Shown here: piece by piece, positions 10,101-20,977 of the stretch
How the letters are laid out: each line of letters begins with the position of its first letter
Position numbering within the stretch: position 1 is the first letter of the stretch
NCBI RefSeq assembly: GCF_964188315.1
Contig: NC_135666.1
Coordinates: 1,674,001 to 1,738,000, forward strand
Direction of reading: 5' to 3'
DNA length: 64,000 nucleotides
From: Podarcis muralis
Lineage: Eukaryota
The notes under the pieces: model-generated
The model's input: the letters and a program-made list of their open reading frames with translations, nothing else
Database searches by the model: none
What the model was told of the DNA's origin: nothing
Made by a program: the position numbers and the translations under genes

Positions 10101-11797
10101 TGGAACTCCACCTGGTGTTCTTCAGATCCTTCTCTGCTGAACATTCCCCCTTCCTCTCCCCCCCTACTGTTCTGGAGGGGGAAACCTTCGCCATGCCCTA
10201 CAGCCAACTTCAGGGGTGCAGGGGGTCACAGGGAGGGGAAGGAGAGGGAAACCCTATAGTGTAACTGATGGGACTCGTGAGGTGAATTCTGGCCACTCTT
10301 TTTTATGGCTTGTCAGCTGTTTACAAGCCTATCTTAGTATTAAATGTTGAAATGGTAAATAAAACTGAAGCTACTGAAAGATAATACTAGCATCATCCAG
10401 AAGGCTAGTGAATGTGAGGTGATTGTTAATCATTCTCTGCACATAAACCTTCTGGAATGGCCTTTATAGTCTTTGTTAAGGACGATGTTGACAGAAGTCA
10501 AGAGCAGGAGCCTCTTTGCCTGCAATGCTCCTTCTCCCTACCTGATCTGGTTCCAGACCTGATGTTTCTCCTCTGCCTCCATGCAAAGATGGATTAAGGG
10601 GTCTTGGCAGCATCATTCTGTCACCTGTGAGAGGCAAAGGGAAGTGGCCATTAGCACATGCTTTTCTTCGAGGTGAAGCAATGCACCTCTAACTACAGAT
10701 GGGGCGCTCTATGCGCGGCTACCTTTGAAGGGGACTCAGAAACTAATCCAGAAGGAGGCTACCAGGCTGGTGACTGGGAGCAGCTGCTGGGACCATATAT
10801 CACTGGCCCTGAAAGACCTACACTGGCTCCTACTACGTTTCCAAGCACAATTCAACATGTTGGTACTGACCTTTGAATCCCTAAACAGCCTTGGCCATGT
10901 AGACCTGAAGGAGCGTCTCCACACCAATCGTTCAGCCCGGACACTGAGGTCCAGCTCCAAGGGCCTTCTGGCAGTTCCCTCACTGCAAGGAGTAAAGCTA
11001 CAGAGAACCAGGCAGAGGGACTTCTCTTGGCCCCAAGAGTCTTCCCCCAAAAGGTGAAAGGAACCCACAGATTAGTTCCTAAATCCATAAAATGCAACCA
11101 AAGGGAGAAAAAGCTCTGTCCTCCTTACCCAGCGGCCTCTCTCTCCTGACCAACGGAGTCTTCTCTGCCTCAGAGGAATCCAGGCCCATTTCTGTAAAGA
11201 TAATCTTTCCCTGAAAGAGCAACAAGGATTCAGAACAGAGGATGGGGAGAAATATTAGAAAAGGAATGGCAAAGGGAAAACCATTTGGGGATGCTTTCTG
11301 GAAGCTTAGTAGAGGATTTCAGGATACTCTCCCTCCTGTTCAGAGCCCCTTTGGAATATCCAGAGGAAAGTCTCTCTCACCTGCTTTCTCCCTGCCTGCT
11401 TCCTCTCCTCTGCCTGACTCAGGAGGAAACCTTCGGCCAGGGCCACCGCCTGGGAACTGGTCTCCGCTCCACATTCCCTCACCCAGCTCTCCATCTCCGG
11501 TGGAAGGACAGCCAGGAACTGCTCCAAGATCACCAGGTCCAGCATCTCAGCTTTCGTATGCTTTTCTGGGTTCAGCCACTGATGGCAAAGGTGGTGGAGT
11601 TGGCTGCAAACTTCTCGGGGTCCTTTGGTCTCCTGGTAGCAGAACTGCCTGAACTGCTGGCTCTTCATATCAGAGTGGAGGGTGTCCTCCTCACCCAGGA
11701 TCTTCTTCACGGAGCTTTCCCAGAATCCCTCACTGCTCCCAGTGTTGATGGCATGGCCCCTTCCTGCTTCTGGGCCAGCTGAGTCTTGCTCATCCAT
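7121..11797 (-). CDS. Gene A: SCAN-KRAB-C2H2 zinc-finger protein (ZKSCAN-like), predicted 655 aa, 13 fingers; exons 11797-11381 (SCAN), 11210-11129, 10624-10542, 9891-9765 (KRAB-A), 8379-7121 (ZNF)
   Basis: All junctions are GT-AG with compatible phases (417+82+83+127+1259=1968 nt); [22 protein letters not shown]; 127-nt KRAB-A exon [30 protein letters not shown]; TGEKP-linked fingers. Confidence 0.88.
8405..9338 (+). mobile_element. 5'-truncated L1 (ORF2 C-terminus 8441-9085, 3' UTR, A-rich tail), antisense in the last intron of gene A
   Basis: L1 C-terminal zinc motif [18 protein letters not shown]; 18-bp TSD aaagaaagaaacggatca (8387-8404 and 9339-9356); absent from the paralog at ~58280-58305. 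Confidence 0.9.
10690..11030 (+). mobile_element. Old L2 ORF2 3' fragment in intron 2 of gene A (paralog at ~53750-53910 plus 56197-56380)
   Basis: Translates as [14 protein letters not shown]...[19 protein letters not shown], similar to the C-terminus of the intact L2 ORF2. Confidence 0.75.
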
Positions 11798-12100
11798 CTG
11801 TGTTCTCAGGAAGCCTCCAAGATATCGGAAGGAACCACTTGGCCTTCTGCTAAGTTCTGTCTGTCCTTATTAAAGCGGCTAGCAAATCCTACAAAGGAAT
11901 ACGTCTTTCTGTTATAAAATTCATATTATTATTATTATTATTTTATTAAAATCCTATAATTCAAAGTTCAAGGTGTTTTTTAAAAAATAATATTGACAGC
12001 ATCATCAAGTACCTTTTCTAATGAGTATGGCATCTTTTTTAGGGCCGGACGATGCCTGGTTTTCAACATCGTAAAACAGTATATCACCAGCATCCCAATA

Positions 12101-12316
12101 CAGTGGTACCTCGGGTTAAGTACTTAATTCCTTCCGGACCTCCTGAAACTGTTCTTAACCTGAAGCACCACTTTAGCTAATGGGGCCTCCCAGTACTGCC
12201 GCACCGCCGGAGCATGATTTCTGTTCTGATCCTGAAGAAAAGTTCTTAACCCGAGGTAATATTTCTGGGTTAGTGGAGTCTGTAACCTGAAGAGTATGTA
12301 ACCCGAGGTTGCACTG
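12101..12316. mobile_element. Tc1/mariner (Tigger/pogo-like) MITE
   Basis: TIR cagtggtacctcgggtta...taacccgaggttgcactg with TA on the left; related copies at 43341-43558 and 52422-52637. Confidence 0.8.
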
Positions 12317-12369
12317 TGTTCCGGTTTTAAAAGAGCTGCATTCGTTGTCCATTCTATTGAAGGGGCTAA

Positions 12370-13480
12370 CATGAGGGTTCACTTAGACCCCCACAAATCT
12401 GAAGAAGCGCCTCCTTCCCTACAGTCCCTCTGGCGTGGGGAGGCTGGCAGAGGGGGGGGTCCTCTTGTGATTGGGGGGCAGAGCAGTCCCAGAAAGGGCA
12501 TCCTGGTGGGAGTTCCTGGGCTGGGGCACACCCTCCCCACAGAGCCCCCCCCCCGGCACCTGCCCCTCTTTCCCAAGGCCTCTGACCCCACAGACAGGTG
12601 TTTCCAGGACCCCGAAGTCTGGGAAGGGGAGCTGCTCAGAATGTTTCCCCCTGGCTGCCATCTCTGCCCATCTTTCCCTAACCTGAAAGGGGCTTCTTTG
12701 CCTGCCTTTCCTCAGCATCCCAAGGGAGACCACCCTGGCAAGCTCGCCCCCTCCCGGGCTGTGCAGAGGAAGGAGGGGGGCAGGACCCTACTCTCCCGGA
12801 CCCCCCCCCCATGCACCCTCCCGCTGCAGCCCTGGGACCCCTTTCTCCCGGGGGGGGGGAGAGAGGAGGCTCACCGCATCCCGGGAGGCGAAACCTCCCC
12901 CCGCTTCCCACGCTTGCAGGAAATGACGGGAGGGAGGGGAGGGGCCTTTGCTGGGGGGGGGGACCTGGTCCCACCCCCTCCTTCCTTTCCTCTACTCTCT
13001 AGGAGTCCAGCTCAGTTCCCTGCGACCCTTGCAAAGCGGAGCGCCCCGATCTCAGCCCCCCCATCTCGAAATGATGAATGGGGAGCAGCCCCGCCCTTTG
13101 CACCCGCCCAGAGAGGTTTTATGGAGTGTGCGCAGTGCGCTGCTTTCCTCCTGGAGTCTTGCTCTGCAGAGAGACGAGAAAAGAGGAGTGAGCTCGGTGC
13201 GCTCGGCTTGCCAAGGGTTAAAAGCAACGGGGCTGGATTCCTAGAGAGGAGAGGAGGTGAAAGAGGGGAGAAGTCCTCCAGTGCAAAAGCCCCTCCCTCC
13301 CCAGTGCCTCCCTGCGAGGGAAGAGGGGGGGCATATTTTGACAGCCCCTTCTGCCTGGGTGGCGCCTCCTGGGACCTGGTGAGTCTCCTCTCTCTCCGCA
13401 CTTAGGGTGCACTGGGGAGAAGGGGGTCCCAGGGCTGCAGGGGAGGGTGCATGGGACGGGGGCTGTTCAGCTTATGCATG
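12370..13480. promoter_or_regulatory. GC-rich head-to-head promoter region for genes A (-) and B (+), with non-coding first exons; putative donors after 12875 (-) and after 13378 (+)
   Basis: Lies between two divergent SCAN exons; homologous donor motifs gcctcccgggatgcg|GTGAG (-) and ggcgcctcctgggacctg|GTGAGT (+); the module recurs upstream of genes E, G and H. Confidence 0.6.
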
Positions 13481-14657
13481 GGGGACCCCCCCCCCCAGTG
13501 AGGCTGCAATGGGGAGACGGCGAAGGGCAAACACTCTGTCTTTTTGTGTGAATGAAATGCCCACCTACAGGGCACTGCAATAATCCCATCTGAGCCCGGC
13601 ATCTCTGTCCTACTGTGGCTGCTCAGCTGGCCGGAACTGGAACTGGTCACTCCTAGTCACTGAGGCCACCTGAGCCTCAAGTGCCCATGTTGGACCCCAG
13701 AGGAACCCCAAGCATATCTGGCTGTGGGGGGGTTAAGTCATGTAACATCGTCATCATTAATTACCTGCCCTTCACCCTAGATTCCCAGGGCAGAAAACCA
13801 CATTAAAACACAGTACCAAAAACAGGTTAAAACAACTTGCAGAAAGGAGGTGAGTCCTACTTTACTCACTTTTCAGGGCTAATCTTTGGCATCACCCACT
13901 TGGCCCTTGGGGGGTTGGATCTGGCCCTAAGAACAAAGAAAAGGGCGTCCCGACCCTGTAGTTTTTCTTGAATACATTGTCGATTCCCAGTGCTAGAAAA
14001 TGGAGCAGGAAAGAAATGTGGACTGAAGTGGGGGAGGGAGAGAGAGCAGCCCTAGAGGACCCCAGGGTTAGGACCCCCACTCTGGCCTGGTGTGCAAATT
14101 ATACTCAGTCATGGGCCTGACTTGATTTGTTGACTGAAAACACACACAAAAACACGTAAATGTAATAGGCTGTGTAATAACAATTGTAAAGTTGTTTACT
14201 AGAAACTCTCAAAATTAGATACAACTTCTCATAACATCAAAGTCAACATCGTGATATTAAAATGTAGCTTACTCGGTTAACCACCAAGCCCAGTATGTAC
14301 AAAATGCAATTCCTGGATATTCCCCTGTTTCACCTATTACGTTTACATGTTTTTTCAAGTGATTTGTGTAATATAGGCATTCTAGTTGTTTTGATTTTGG
14401 ATTTTGCCATGGCTGATTATACGAAAAAATTTGGGTTCTACTCCTTCTTCCTTTCCAAAAAAAAAGGGGGGGGAGCATAGTGTCTGGGCTGTGGTGGAAT
14501 TTTTACCCTGGTTCCAAGCAAGACTCATCTGCACTTGCTCAGGGAACCTCTTTCTTTGCTTTGTAGAATTTGGTATCACTTCTGATTTGGACAGACAGAA
14601 CTTGGCAGAAGACCAAAGGATTCCTTCTGATCTCTTGGGGGATTCCTGAGAGCCCAG

Positions 14658-17600
14658 ATGGATGAGCAAGACTCATCTGGCCCTGAAGCAGGAAGAGGCC
14701 ATGCCATGGAAACTGAGAGCAGTGGGGGATTCTGGGAAAACTCTGTGAAGAAGATCCTGGGTGAGGAGGACACCCTCCACTCTGATATGAAGAGCCAGCA
14801 GTTCAGGCAGATGTGCTACCAGGAGACCAAAGGACCCCGAGAGATTTGCAACCAACTCTACCACCTTTGCCATCAGTGGCTGAATCCAGAAAAGCATACG
14901 AAAGCTCAGATGCTGGACCTGGTGATCTTGGAGCAGTTTCTGGCCGTCCTTCCGCCAGAGATGGAGATCTGGGTGAAGGAATGTGGAGCGGAGACCAGTT
15001 CCCAGGCGGTGGCCCTGGCCGAAGGTTTCCTCCTGAGTCAGGCAGAGGAGAGGAAGCAGGCAGAGCAGCAGGTGAGAGAGACTTGCCTCTGGATACTCCC
15101 AAGGGGCTCTGAAAAGGAGGGAGAGTATCCAAAATATCTCTATATTAATTTTTTTTTTAAGCTTCCAAGGAATTATCTCTGATGCCCTAAAAGGTTTTGC
15201 CTCTGCCATTCCACTTCTAGGCATTCTTCCCATTTCCTGTTTTAATCTTTGTTGCTATTTCAGGGAAACTATCCATTTGCAGAAATGAGCGCCAATCACT
15301 TTGAGGCGGAGAGGATTCCATTGATGACTGAAGAGAGGCCACTGAGTAAGAAGAAATTAGTTTTTCCATCTCTTTGATAACATTGTGTGTATTTTGTAAC
15401 TAATGTGTGTTTTTTCTCCATCTTTTTGGAGAGACACTTGGGGCCAAGAGCCCAAAGGAGGGGGGGTGTATTTTTACATAGCTAAAATATGAAATCTGTA
15501 CAGATGTGCAAATGCATGCACCATCTGCAGTTAGAGCTGCATCGCTTCACCTCTGACAGAAGCATGCGCTCATGGCTTCTTGTTTACCTTTGTCTCTTGC
15601 AGGTGTCAGAACGGTGCTGGAAAGATCTCCTCATCCATCTTTTAATGGTGGTGGAAGGGAAGCAGCAGCTATGGAATCAGATCAGGTAGCAGGAAGGAGC
15701 ATTGTGGGGAAAGAGGCTGAGGTGGGGCAGCCAGGAATCCTCTGGGGCTGAACGAATCTCCCTGAGAGTAATGAACAGCCACCTCCACTTAACTAGGCTT
15801 CTGAATGTTCCTAGCATTATTTATCAGTAAAGGTAAAGGGACCCCTGACCACTAGGTCCAGTCGTGACCGACTCTGGGGTTGCGGTGCTCATCTCGCTTT
15901 ATTGGCTGAGGGAGCCGGCGTACAGCTTCCGGGTCATGTGGCCAGCATGACTAAGCCGCTTCTGGCGAACCAGAGCAGCGCACGGAAACGCCGTTTACCT
16001 TCCTGCCGGAGCGGTACCTATTGATCTACTTGCACTTGGACATGTTTTTGAACTGCTAGGTTGGCAGGAGCTGGGATCGAGCAATGGGAGCTCACCCCAT
16101 CGCAGGGATTCGAACCACTGACCTTCTGATCGGCAAGTCCTAGGCTCTGTGGTTTAACCCACAGCGCCACCTGCGTCCCTATTTATCAGTAGTTGCAGTT
16201 TAATTTCTATATTGATTGTTAAATGCTAAAATAGGCTTCTAAGCAGTTGACAAAGTATCCAAAACATTGACCAGGGTTCACCTAAACAGCCCCAGCAGGT
16301 GCATGATGTGGTTTCCTTCCGATTAAGTGGTTAGAAGAAGAAGCCAAACACCCCCATAAAACAACACAGCCGTGCTGTCTAAGAAGAGGACGTTTCTCTT
16401 TATATTTTAGGGTCCAGTCTGCTTTGAAGATGTCACTGTCCATTTCACAGACGAGGAGTGGGCCATGCTGGATCCTGACCAGAGAGCTCTGCATAAAGAC
16501 GTAATGGAGGAGAATCGTGGGATTGTGGCCTCTCTTGGTAAGGCTCCCTGTCAGATCATATTATCTGTTTTGAAATTCAATCCATACCTCTATGTGATGA
16601 GCCTCCAATATTCTGATGGAGCTCAAGAGCGCAACCCCCAGCAGTGGCGATTTGGAAACCCCCCCCCCTCCAGTTTTGCTTTTTTAAACATTATAGAAGA
16701 TAGTAAGATTAAAATGATTGGGCTGGGCTGGTTAGGAAGGAGGTGGTAGTTTCTGTCAGATTATTATTATTATTATTATTATATTTTCCTTCTGTCCAAT
16801 TTCAGTTGACTAAAGAGATGACTGACATTGGAAATTGGTGTTGAATCCATGACTGGGCCAAGCAAAGTCCACTCCGGAAAAGAGCCAAGCTTTTCAAACC
16901 TCAGGTTCCCATAAATATGTTAGCTAATGCCTTTCAACAAATGTGGTGATCCCTGTAGTGAGACTTCCTAATTCCCTTCAGTTCTTCCTGTATCACAAGT
17001 GTTAATTAGCATTGTTCAATAATTTGAGCTCTATTTTTTCCTGTAATCTGGCTGTAATCCATTTCTCTATCCGTTCCAGGTGGTGATGAATTGGAAATTA
17101 AGAACTGGAAAGACCAAGACCTCAGGCTCTAATCTGTGTCTATTTTTGTTGCAGGTAGTGGTGAAATGGAAATTAAGAACAAGAGGGACCATGATAAAAT
17201 CTGCACAGTGCAGAAGCCATATAAACATTTGGAGCATGGAGAGAGCTTCAGTCACCACTTTATTTCCATTTCCCATCAAATAAATCCCTTTGGGGGGAAA
17301 CCCTATCAGTGCTTGGAATGTAGAAAGAACTTTAGTCGGAAGGATAGTCTGACTTCCCATCAAAGAATTCATAGAGGGGAGAAACCATATCTGTGCATGG
17401 AATGTGGAAAGAGCTTCACTCAGAGTGCCCATCTCACTTCCCACGAAAGAATTCATACAGGGGAGAAACCACATCAGTGCTCAGAATGTGGAAAGAGCTT
17501 TAGTGTGAAGTCAAATCTCACAGCCCATCAAAAAATTCATATCAGGGAGAAACCGTATCAGTGCAGGGAATGTGGAAAGAGCTTCACTCAGAGTGCCCAT

Positions 17601-18401
17601 CTCACATCCCATCAAAGAATTCATACAGGGGAGAAACCATATCAGTGCTCAGAATGTCGGAAGACCTTCAGTAAAAGGGCTCATCTCACTTCCCATCAAA
17701 TAATTCATATGGAGGGGAAACCCTATAAGTGTTTGGAATGTGGAAAGAGCTTCAGTCAGAGTGCCCATCTCACTTCCCATCAGAGAATTCATACAGAAGG
17801 GAAACCACATCAGTGCTTAGGATGGGGACAAAACTTCACATTGATGTCCAATTGCACAGCCCCTCAAAAAATTCATACAAAGGAGGAACTATTTTATTGC
17901 TTGGAATGTGGAAAGAGCTTCCGTCAAAGTGCCCATCTCACTTCCCATCAAAGAATTCATACAGGGGAGAAACCTTATCCCTGTTCCAAATGTGGAAAGA
18001 GCTTTAGTGACAGGGCCAATCTCACTTCGCATCAAAGAATTCATACGGGGGAGAAGCCATATCAGTGCTTGCAGTGCGGAAAGAGCTTCAGTCAGAGCAA
18101 CAATCTAGCTTCGCATCAAAGGATCCATACAGGAGAGAAACCATATGAGTGCTTGGAATGTGGAAAAACCTTCAGTCACAGCCACCATCTCCTTTCCCAT
18201 CAAAGAATCCATACAGGGGAGAAACCATATCCTTGCTTGGAATGCGGAAGGCGCTTTAGTGACAGGGCCAATCTCACTTCGCATCAAAGAATTCATACAG
18301 GGGAGAAACTATATCAGTGCTTGGAATGCGGAGACAGCTTCAGTCGTAAGAGAAGTCTCACTTCACATGAAAGGACTCATAGTAGGGAGGAACCATTTTA
18401 A
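14658..18401 (+). CDS. Gene B: SCAN-KRAB-C2H2 zinc-finger protein, predicted 650 aa, 12 intact plus 1 degenerate finger; exons 14658-15071, 15264-15345, 15603-15685, 16411-16537 (KRAB-A), 17155-18401
   Basis: GT-AG junctions in phase (414+82+83+127+1247=1953 nt); SCAN and KRAB-A ([30 protein letters not shown]) motifs; finger 7 is HQCLGWG...TAPQKIH. Confidence 0.88.
15830..16179 (-). mobile_element. Sauria SINE, full length
   Basis: Revcomp begins with a tRNA-like head (gggacgcaggtggcgctgtgggttaaacc...ggttcgaatccc) and ends ggtcccctttacct; 12-bp TSD tatttatcagta. Confidence 0.88.
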
Positions 18402-18630
18402 ATCCTTAGAACATGGAAACAGCTTCAATTCCAAGATGATTCTCACTTTCCATCAAAAAATTAGTACAGGGCAGAAACCGTATCACTAGTTGGAATGCAG
18501 AGAAAGCTTCAGTCTGAGTCCCCATCTCACTTCCAATCTAACAATTCATTCATGGGAGAAGCCACAACAGTGCTGAGAATGTGGAAATAAGTTCAATGAG
18601 AGGGCCAATCTCACAGTCCATCACAATCAA
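18402..18630 (+). pseudogene. About three decayed zinc-finger repeats in the 3' UTR of gene B
   Basis: 84-bp periodic cagtgc..gaatgtgga / ctcacttcc / gagaa motifs with stops and frameshifts after the TAA. Confidence 0.7.
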
Positions 18631-19599
18631 ACCTAAAGAAATTCTTGTGCACATGTGAGAAAAATGAATATTCTTTGTTGGCAGAGTTAAATAATTTTTC
18701 ATATTGTATAGATTTTGCTTTAGTTGTTTCATGCTTTTATGGGACTACGTATCAGTGTATCAATGAGTGATTTGATTCTTATGCTCCTACAGTTTGCAGA
18801 TCTCTCACGCCACACGTCTACACTGCATTCCATGCTGATCTGACCCTGGATTGTGGGAGGTGTATTTGCATTACTAGAAAGGCACAAATGCCCAGCCAAG
18901 GAGGGAGGTTTTGCATTAGTTCTGGAGTGCTAAGCAAGCGGCTCCTTGAAGTGTGCCAGGGACATGGAAGGGCGATTTGCCCCTTACTGAAGGCAACTGG
19001 AGGCCAAGTGCCAAAGCTGAAACCTAAGGGTTGGGGTTCCCCAAGATAAATGAGGGGAGCTGAAAACAGAGTCGAAGCAGAACTTTTACTCTCCTTTACC
19101 TGTGACCTCTTTTGATGTATGCAGTGATGTTTTGTGATGTATAGCAGCTATTTGTATAAAACCCTATAAAACCTTTGTTCACATGTTCCTTTGCGGACAG
19201 TCTTTTCTAGCTTGCAAAACTGCCCTATTGTCCCAATAGTTTTAATAAACCAAGTCCCAACAGGACATTTTTGTTTGCTCTCTTGGTTTCGTCGTTATTT
19301 AAAGGTTTGTTTCCTCACCTGGGCAAGGGCCAGTGGCATAGAGGTAAATTATTACCACAGTAGGATAAATCAAGTGCCATGGATCTATTAAACTCAATTC
19401 ATGTTTCCCTATTGTCCAACCTCACTAATTCTTTTTCTTTGTATTTCTATCTAGGTTAGGATAGGATAATATTTAATTAAAAGTCCCCTGCTATTATTAA
19501 CTCATCATAATTACAATCATTCAGGTGTCCAAAATAATCGGAAAACATTTATGGAGAGTCCATATTGGGACCATAAACATTACTGCAATGAGCTCTGAA

Positions 19600-19800
19600 T
19601 CAGGCTACCTTTTAAGGTGACTCAGAAACTACAACTAATCCAGAATGTGGCTGCCAGACTGGTGGCTGGGAGCGGCTGCTGGGACCATATAACACCGGTC
19701 CTGAAATACCTACACTGGCTCCCAGTAAGTTTCCAAGCACAATTCCAAGTGTTGGTGCTGATCTTTAAAGCCCTAAATGGCTTTGGCTCTGTATATGTCA
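19600..19800 (+). mobile_element. L2 ORF2 3' fragment
   Basis: TQKLQLIQNVAARLVAG...LHWLPVSFQAQFQVLVLIFKALNG. Confidence 0.75.
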
Positions 19801-20509
19801 AGGTGTATAGCCTTTTCAAAAAGAACAAAGTGTCATTCTAAGTTTGGAGCTTATTTATTTGGTGGAGCACTGAATCGCCATTATATAGTTCCTTTACAGG
19901 CCAACCAGAAGATTCACAAAAAGAGATTGAAATCTGGGTATCTCATCGTCAGGAGTTCCATTGGGATTGCACCAGCACAAGTCTACAGAGTCATTCTCAT
20001 GGACTTCTTTCAGGAATATTTGAACTGTTTGGCTTTGAGATAGTGTTATGTGGTTATTATTTTGGCATGATAGATATTATTTAAGATTCTATGTATTAGA
20101 AGGTGTTGAAATGTTGTGTATTATTATTTTTTTAATGCCATATACAGAGTTGTGTTGTTTGTGATTTCTCTCTCTGCATTCCTTGGGTGTGGTATTGAGC
20201 TTATTTCCGTGCCAGCAAAACCTTTATTTAATCTTACTTATGTGGGGCCATGGCTAAAAAGAGGCTAGTCAGGCCAAGGGGATAGCAAGGCTATTATATG
20301 GGTGCTGTGCTGATCACCTAACGAGCCAGGCTACCCAGATACATCCAGACCTTTTGGGGGGGTGCCATTTCCCGACCCCCAGGTTGCCTTCGCTCTCAGG
20401 CCCTTCTGCTGCCATACGAGAAACAGAGAACCTCCGAGAAACCTCTTACCTTGTAGGTTTTTAAGCAGAGGCTGGATGGCCATTTGCCACTGATTCTTTG
20501 CTTGACTCC

Positions 20510-20695
20510 TGCACTGCATGTGGCTGGACTAGATGTCACTCAGGGTCCCTTCCAACACTGTGGTCCTATGGCCGCAGAAGGTGGTGAACTCTCCTTCATG
20601 GAGATTTTGAAAGAGGTTGGGTGGCTACCTGTCAGGGGTTCTGGGCTAGATGACCCTGGGGTCCATTCCAACCCTAAAATTCCACGATTCTACTA
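20510..20695 (+). mobile_element. CR1 3'-end remnants
   Basis: Two copies of the CR1 terminal motif gg(c/g)(t)ggactagatg...ggtcc(c/a)ttccaac, ending ...gattcta. Confidence 0.55.
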
Positions 20696-20977
20696 AACAG
20701 CTAGTCCACCAGGTTAGTTGTCTCTTTTCAAAGAACTTTATTTCACATACCGCCATCACACCCACAGCTATATGGAGCAAACCCCCAGCGGCACGAAGCC
20801 TTTAAGCAGAATGTACAGCGCATCCAAGGAGCCACCAGCCCTCTTGTGACCCAGTATCAACACAGGGATGAGCCCCACACACATACAAAAAAGAAGGTGC
20901 TTTGTTCCTGCACTCCAAGTCTCCTTGAGTCCCCCACTCCCAAAGTCACAGTTACAGCAGAAGCGGGCAGGTCAAGT

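Larger units (their letters stand above)
1253..13110 (-). repeat. Left arm of an inverted segmental duplication (partner ~51590-60843)
   Basis: ORF 1464..1679(-) is near-identical to 60415..60630(+); exons, introns, MITE and promoter of gene A mirror gene H; homology ends at tgtagcctgagttattggcgcc (1253 vs 60843). Inner boundary approximate. Confidence 0.85.

Noticed and set aside
12371-13405. 344-aa ORF (and the 260-aa ORF 51142..51924)
   Set aside because: GC-rich promoter sequence with Pro/Gly/Arg low complexity; the frames are not conserved between the paralogous arms.
16805-16900. Possible extra cassette exons between KRAB-A and ZNF exons (also ~38603-38700)
   Set aside because: Weak donors and stop or frame problems; the genes are in frame without them.
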